From: Nitrospirota bacterium
Lineage (GTDB): Bacteria > Nitrospirota > UBA9217
Assembly (NCBI GenBank): GCA_963818475.1
Contig: CAWFSF010000005.1
Span: 128,001 to 192,000 of the forward strand
Length of the DNA stretch: 64,000 bases
Direction of reading: 5' to 3'
Shown: in pieces, positions 60,729 to 64,000 of the stretch
Position numbering within the stretch: position 1 is the stretch's first letter
Layout of the letters: every line of letters begins with the position of its first letter
Position numbers and translations under genes: made by a program
Notes under the pieces: model-generated
What the model was told of the DNA's origin: nothing
The model's input: only the letters and a program-made list of their open reading frames with translations
Database searches by the model: none

Positions 60729-63656
60729 TTAATATACACATTGCATCCCAAGGCCTCTCAAAATGTCAGCTATTTGTCTAGCAAACCATATCTGGCGAGT
60801 TTGTGCATTTGCCAACAATTCTCTTAATTCCCTACTTCTCTCAGAGCAAAAACTTAACTGATTCAATTCACGCTGAATTTGGTTTATCAAGCGTGCATTT
60901 GCGTCTGCTGCGTCTTGAAGCATATCTAATCGCTGAATATCATAATAGTTTTGTCTAGCTCCGGCTGCAAACTGTAGAACACTACAAATTCTGTCTACGG
61001 TACCTACGCTGATTAACCCTGCAGGATCCGTCCGGTCCACTGGATTATTATCTGCATAAACGTAATCATGAAGATTATTAGGTGTCATAGTAAAAAAAGG
61101 CACTACAAATAAACTTTTTGATTGAGAAATAAAATTTAATTGCAGGGGATCAGATTCAATGTATCTTCCAACGACGGGGTTATAGTCCCTGAAATAATTG
61201 TAGTGGTTCCCCGTCTCTGCATCGTAATACTGCCCTGGAAATCTCAGGTTGTTCGTGATCGTTGATACTGTGATCGTCGCTTCACCGAAGGGTTTGTAAT
61301 CTGCAGACCAGACAACGGTGCCGGAACTGTCTGTCATCTTCTGTGGGGTGGCAAGATGATCGTTGTGATAGTAGTACGTATTCGCCCCTTCCATCTTCGC
61401 CAGCGGCTGACCATTGAAGTATACATATTCTACTGCGATTGTACCAGCACTATTCGACTCTGCTATGATTTGTCCGCTCAGGCTGTAATGAAATATCGTG
61501 GTTGCTCCATTCACGACCTTCTTTACCCGCTGGCCATTGCCATTGTAAGTGTAGTTTGCCGTCATTGCTCCGTCATTCACCTGGATCAATCTCTGATTCT
61601 GATTATAGACATACTGGCGAGCAGCTTCTGTTGTCGTATTCCCGTTATTGTCGTAGCCAAAGGACAATCCATTGGCAGTGTTCAGCTTGTTAGTATTCTG
61701 GTAGTACGTATAGGCATTCGTATTCTCGGTCTGCCTGTTCCCTACCCCGTCGTAAGTCCAGGCCAAACTGCCCCAGATACCCGTTGATGTGGCTGTCCAA
61801 AGCCGGTCAAGATTATCGTAGGTGAAGCTCTTGTTCTTTGAAGCATCGAGGCTGTCCGTAATGGCTGTTATGTTCCCATTGTTGTCATATCCGGTATAGT
61901 TGAGGCTCAATACCGCCCCTGCTGTTATGGAGCTGATCCGGTACTGGTTATCGTAGCCGATCGTGCCATTCAGGTTATTGCCGTAGGTGATCGCATTCAT
62001 GCCGCCGAAGGGCTTGTAAGTGATGTTCGATGCGAGGTTGGCGGCACCATTGAGTACACTGACGGCCCGGTCATTGGTGTAGTTGTAGGTGATGACCTTG
62101 CCTGATGGATAGGTCATGGTCTTCATGTTCCCATTCATGTCATAGGTGTATTGCGTTACGTACGTCACGGTGTCTATCACCTTGGTTTCTTTTTTGACCT
62201 GCCCTTTTGGCGTGTACTCGTAGGTTGAAGTTCCTGATGCATCGGCCATGGAACAGAGACGGCCCTTGCCGTTTACACAGGTGTCGTAGGAATAGACCGT
62301 GTCTGTGTCTGCTGGATAGTCGATGGTCGTCAACCGGTTCAGCGCGTCATAGGAATAGGAAATCGTGATTCCCTTGGCATCGGTTTTGGTCAGTAGATTC
62401 CCTGCTGGGTCATAGGCATAGGTCGTCGTACCGGTATCGGGGGAGATAACACGGTATACCCGACCATTGTCGTCATATATGTAGGTGGTGGCGTTGCTGT
62501 TGGCATCGGTGACCGTTGTCAGGTTGTTATTTGAGTTGTAGCCATAGCCGGTAGTGATCGTTCCGGGTTGGATGGTTGCTAGCAATCGGTTCAGCGCGTC
62601 ATACGAGTAAGTTGTGAGCGTTGAATTCGGGTTGCGGATTGCGGATTTGTTGCCTCTGGAGTCGTATGAGTTTTCCGCATAGCTGGCATCGGGATTGGTA
62701 GTCCTTTTAAGCCTGTTCAGAGCATCATACTGGTAGCTCAAGCTCTTCTGGAGAGCATTGCTCGCGTCCCTGATCTCTTCCGTGAGCCTGTTCCCCTCGG
62801 AATCATAGGTATAGTTGATGCTGTTTCCAAGGCTGTCGCTGATGCTGGCGAGATTGCTGTTGGTATCATATCCGTAGGTTATGGTGTTCCCTTCCGGCAG
62901 GGTAATATGGTCGATCTTGTTCGCCCCTCCGCAGGAGGTGCATCCTCCCGCGACGTAGGCATATTGCGTAGGGCTGCTGTCGCCTGCCGCGGTGACCGTA
63001 AGCACTCGTCCGCTATCGTCATAGGTATAGGCAGTGCTGTTGCCGTTCGGGTCAAGGACGTTTCGGGGATTGCCGAGGGCGTCGTGATTGGAATAGGTCG
63101 TTGTGCCTATCAGCGGCTGGGTCGTCGAGGTCAGATACCCGGTTGTGGGATCATAGGCATAGCTCGTAAGGTCCGTCACATCGGTCCTGGGGCCGTCGAT
63201 GCTCGTGAGCTTGCCGTTGGTATAGCCATAGGTCGTGGTATAGGAGTAGGCCGTGCCGCTGCCAAGAAGCCCGGCATCGGTCGTGGTCAGAAGATTGCCG
63301 GTGGTATTGTCATAGGTGTTGGTGACGATCTTGTTTTGATTCGGGTCAACTACGCTCTTGACGATCTCCTGGGCCAGCTTGTGGAACGTAGCAGCTGTGG
63401 CTAACGGATCGATCTCATACTGGTAGATGTACGTCGTGGTCTTCTGAATAGCAGCCCAGTCGCTAGGGCTGGGTTTGCTTGCCTCTGTCTTGGTCTTTAG
63501 GTTGCCGTAGGTGTCGTAGGTGAAGTCGTTGGCGGATCTGAGCACAAGGACCGGTACGGTGACTGTTCCCGTGTTTTCCCAGTATTCTTCACGGGTGATC
63601 TTTGTCTGGCTGTTTCTTGCATAGGTCGTGACGTTGCGGAGGGTGTCGGTCTCTTT
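60729..63656 (-). CDS. Rhs (YD-repeat) module with helical tip of unknown function; no credible start, probably an orphan
   Basis: Intact frame with YD repeats, [18 protein letters not shown] and DPAGL; Rhs homology begins abruptly at KETD. Confidence 0.88.
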   Translation of the reverse strand, partial: KETDTLRNVTTYARNSQTKITREEYWENTGTVTVPVLVLRSANDFTYDTYGNLKTKTEASKPSPSDWAAIQKTTTYIYQYEIDPLATAATFHKLAQEIVKSVVDPNQNKIVTNTYDNTTGNLLTTTDAGLLGSGTAYSYTTTYGYTNGKLTSIDGPRTDVTDLTSYAYDPTTGYLTSTTQPLIGTTTYSNHDALGNPRNVLDPNGNSTAYTYDDSGRVLTVTAAGDSSPTQYAYVAGGCTSCGGANKIDHITLPEGNTITYGYDTNSNLASISDSLGNSINYTYDSEGNRLTEEIRDASNALQKSLSYQYDALNRLKRTTNPDASYAENSYDSRGNKSAIRNPNSTLTTYSYDALNRLLATIQPGTITTGYGYNSNNNLTTVTDANSNATTYIYDDNGRVYRVISPDTGTTTYAYDPAGNLLTKTDAKGITISYSYDALNRLTTIDYPADTDTVYSYDTCVNGKGRLCSMADASGTSTYEYTPKGQVKKETKVIDTVTYVTQYTYDMNGNMKTMTYPSGKVITYNYTNDRAVSVLNGAANLASNITYKPFGGMNAITYGNNLNGTIGYDNQYRISSITAGAVLSLNYTGYDNNGNITAITDSLDASKNKSFTYDNLDRLWTATSTGIWGSLAWTYDGVGNRQTENTNAYTYYQNTNKLNTANGLSFGYDNNGNTTTEAARQYVYNQNQRLIQVNDGAMTANYTYNGNGQRVKKVVNGATTIFHYSLSGQIIAESNSAGTIAVEYVYFNGQPLAKMEGANTYYYHNDHLATPQKMTDSSGTVVWSADYKPFGEATITVSTITNNLRFPGQYYDAETGNHYNYFRDYNPVVGRYIESDPLQLNFISQSKSLFVVPFFTMTPNNLHDYVYADNNPVDRTDPAGLISVGTVDRICSVLQFAAGARQNYYDIQRLDMLQDAADANARLINQIQRELNQLSFCSERSRELRELLANAQTRQIWFARQIADILRGLGMQCVY

Positions 63657-63721
63657 TAAAGTGCATTCAGCTTGACAAGCCAAAGAGCTTTCGCGTATGT
63701 GATAGAAATACGTAAGCAGCC

Positions 63722-64000
63722 CTACTCTGCATTTTGGAATGCTACATCATAGTCCTTTAGTCCGGCGTTGGGTAATAACACTTTTTCAGCCGTGTATGGT
63801 GGTTGCAAAACCAGCAGGTCATAAACAATGCTCTTTTTATAGCGCTGGAGAATGATATCCTCTGTACCCTTAACAAATCGAATACTGTCAGCAAATCTAG
63901 GATCTACCCGAAGCAATTTCTGTTTAGAACCTGAGAGTATCCCGTCTGACTCTTGCATTAAGATAATATCGCCAGCGTCCGTCAGATACACTATCTTTCC
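63722..64000 (-). CDS. Hypothetical protein, 5' part outside window; probably the immunity/accessory gene of a preceding module
   Basis: AT-rich open frame reaching the window edge. Confidence 0.55.
   Translation of the reverse strand, partial: GKIVYLTDAGDIILMQESDGILSGSKQKLLRVDPRFADSIRFVKGTEDIILQRYKKSIVYDLLVLQPPYTAEKVLLPNAGLKDYDVAFQNAE

Noticed and set aside
105-63404. Many long antisense or alternate-frame ORFs (e.g. 9826..10923, 29202..30497, 30722..31657, 18102..19052)
   Set aside because: They are shadows of well-supported genes on the opposite strand in GC-rich DNA and carry no motifs.

Overview
GC-rich bacterial chromosome segment. Gene content suggests a Nitrospirota- or Desulfobacterota-like anaerobe or microaerophile, which is an inference only. 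The assembly appears indel-prone: at least ten otherwise conserved genes, including uvrC, are split by apparent single-base frameshifts. From left to right: DUF4124 protein, ispF, ispD, an MglA-type GTPase without adjacent mglB, an IMPase/FBPase and uvrC; a heme-c/GGDEF diguanylate cyclase; a putative sulfur/selenium module (TrxB-like oxidoreductase, MCP, ExtI-like porin, ExtH-like rhodanese lipoprotein, two exported rhodaneses) with a second TrxB-like gene and rhodanese paralog about 10 kb away; a pterin operon (PCD, FolM/PTR1-like SDR, folB, folK, folE); an oxidative pentose phosphate operon (rpiB, gnd, tal, zwf, pgl); an AT-rich Ser/Thr kinase/RDD island ending in a group II intron fragment; c-type cytochromes including an 11-heme protein; a C-GCAxxG-C-C selenoprotein hidden from the ORF track (in-frame UGA plus SECIS-like hairpin); a HiPIP/YncE/DUF305 cluster; and a tandem array of four N-terminally truncated Rhs modules with different Cys-rich tips and membrane immunity-like genes. 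Remnants of REP-associated Y1 (RAYT-type) transposases and their palindromic ends lie at junctions of the Rhs array and the AT-rich island. This is the best candidate for an undescribed cassette-shuffling system. No rRNA, tRNA or CRISPR array was seen.
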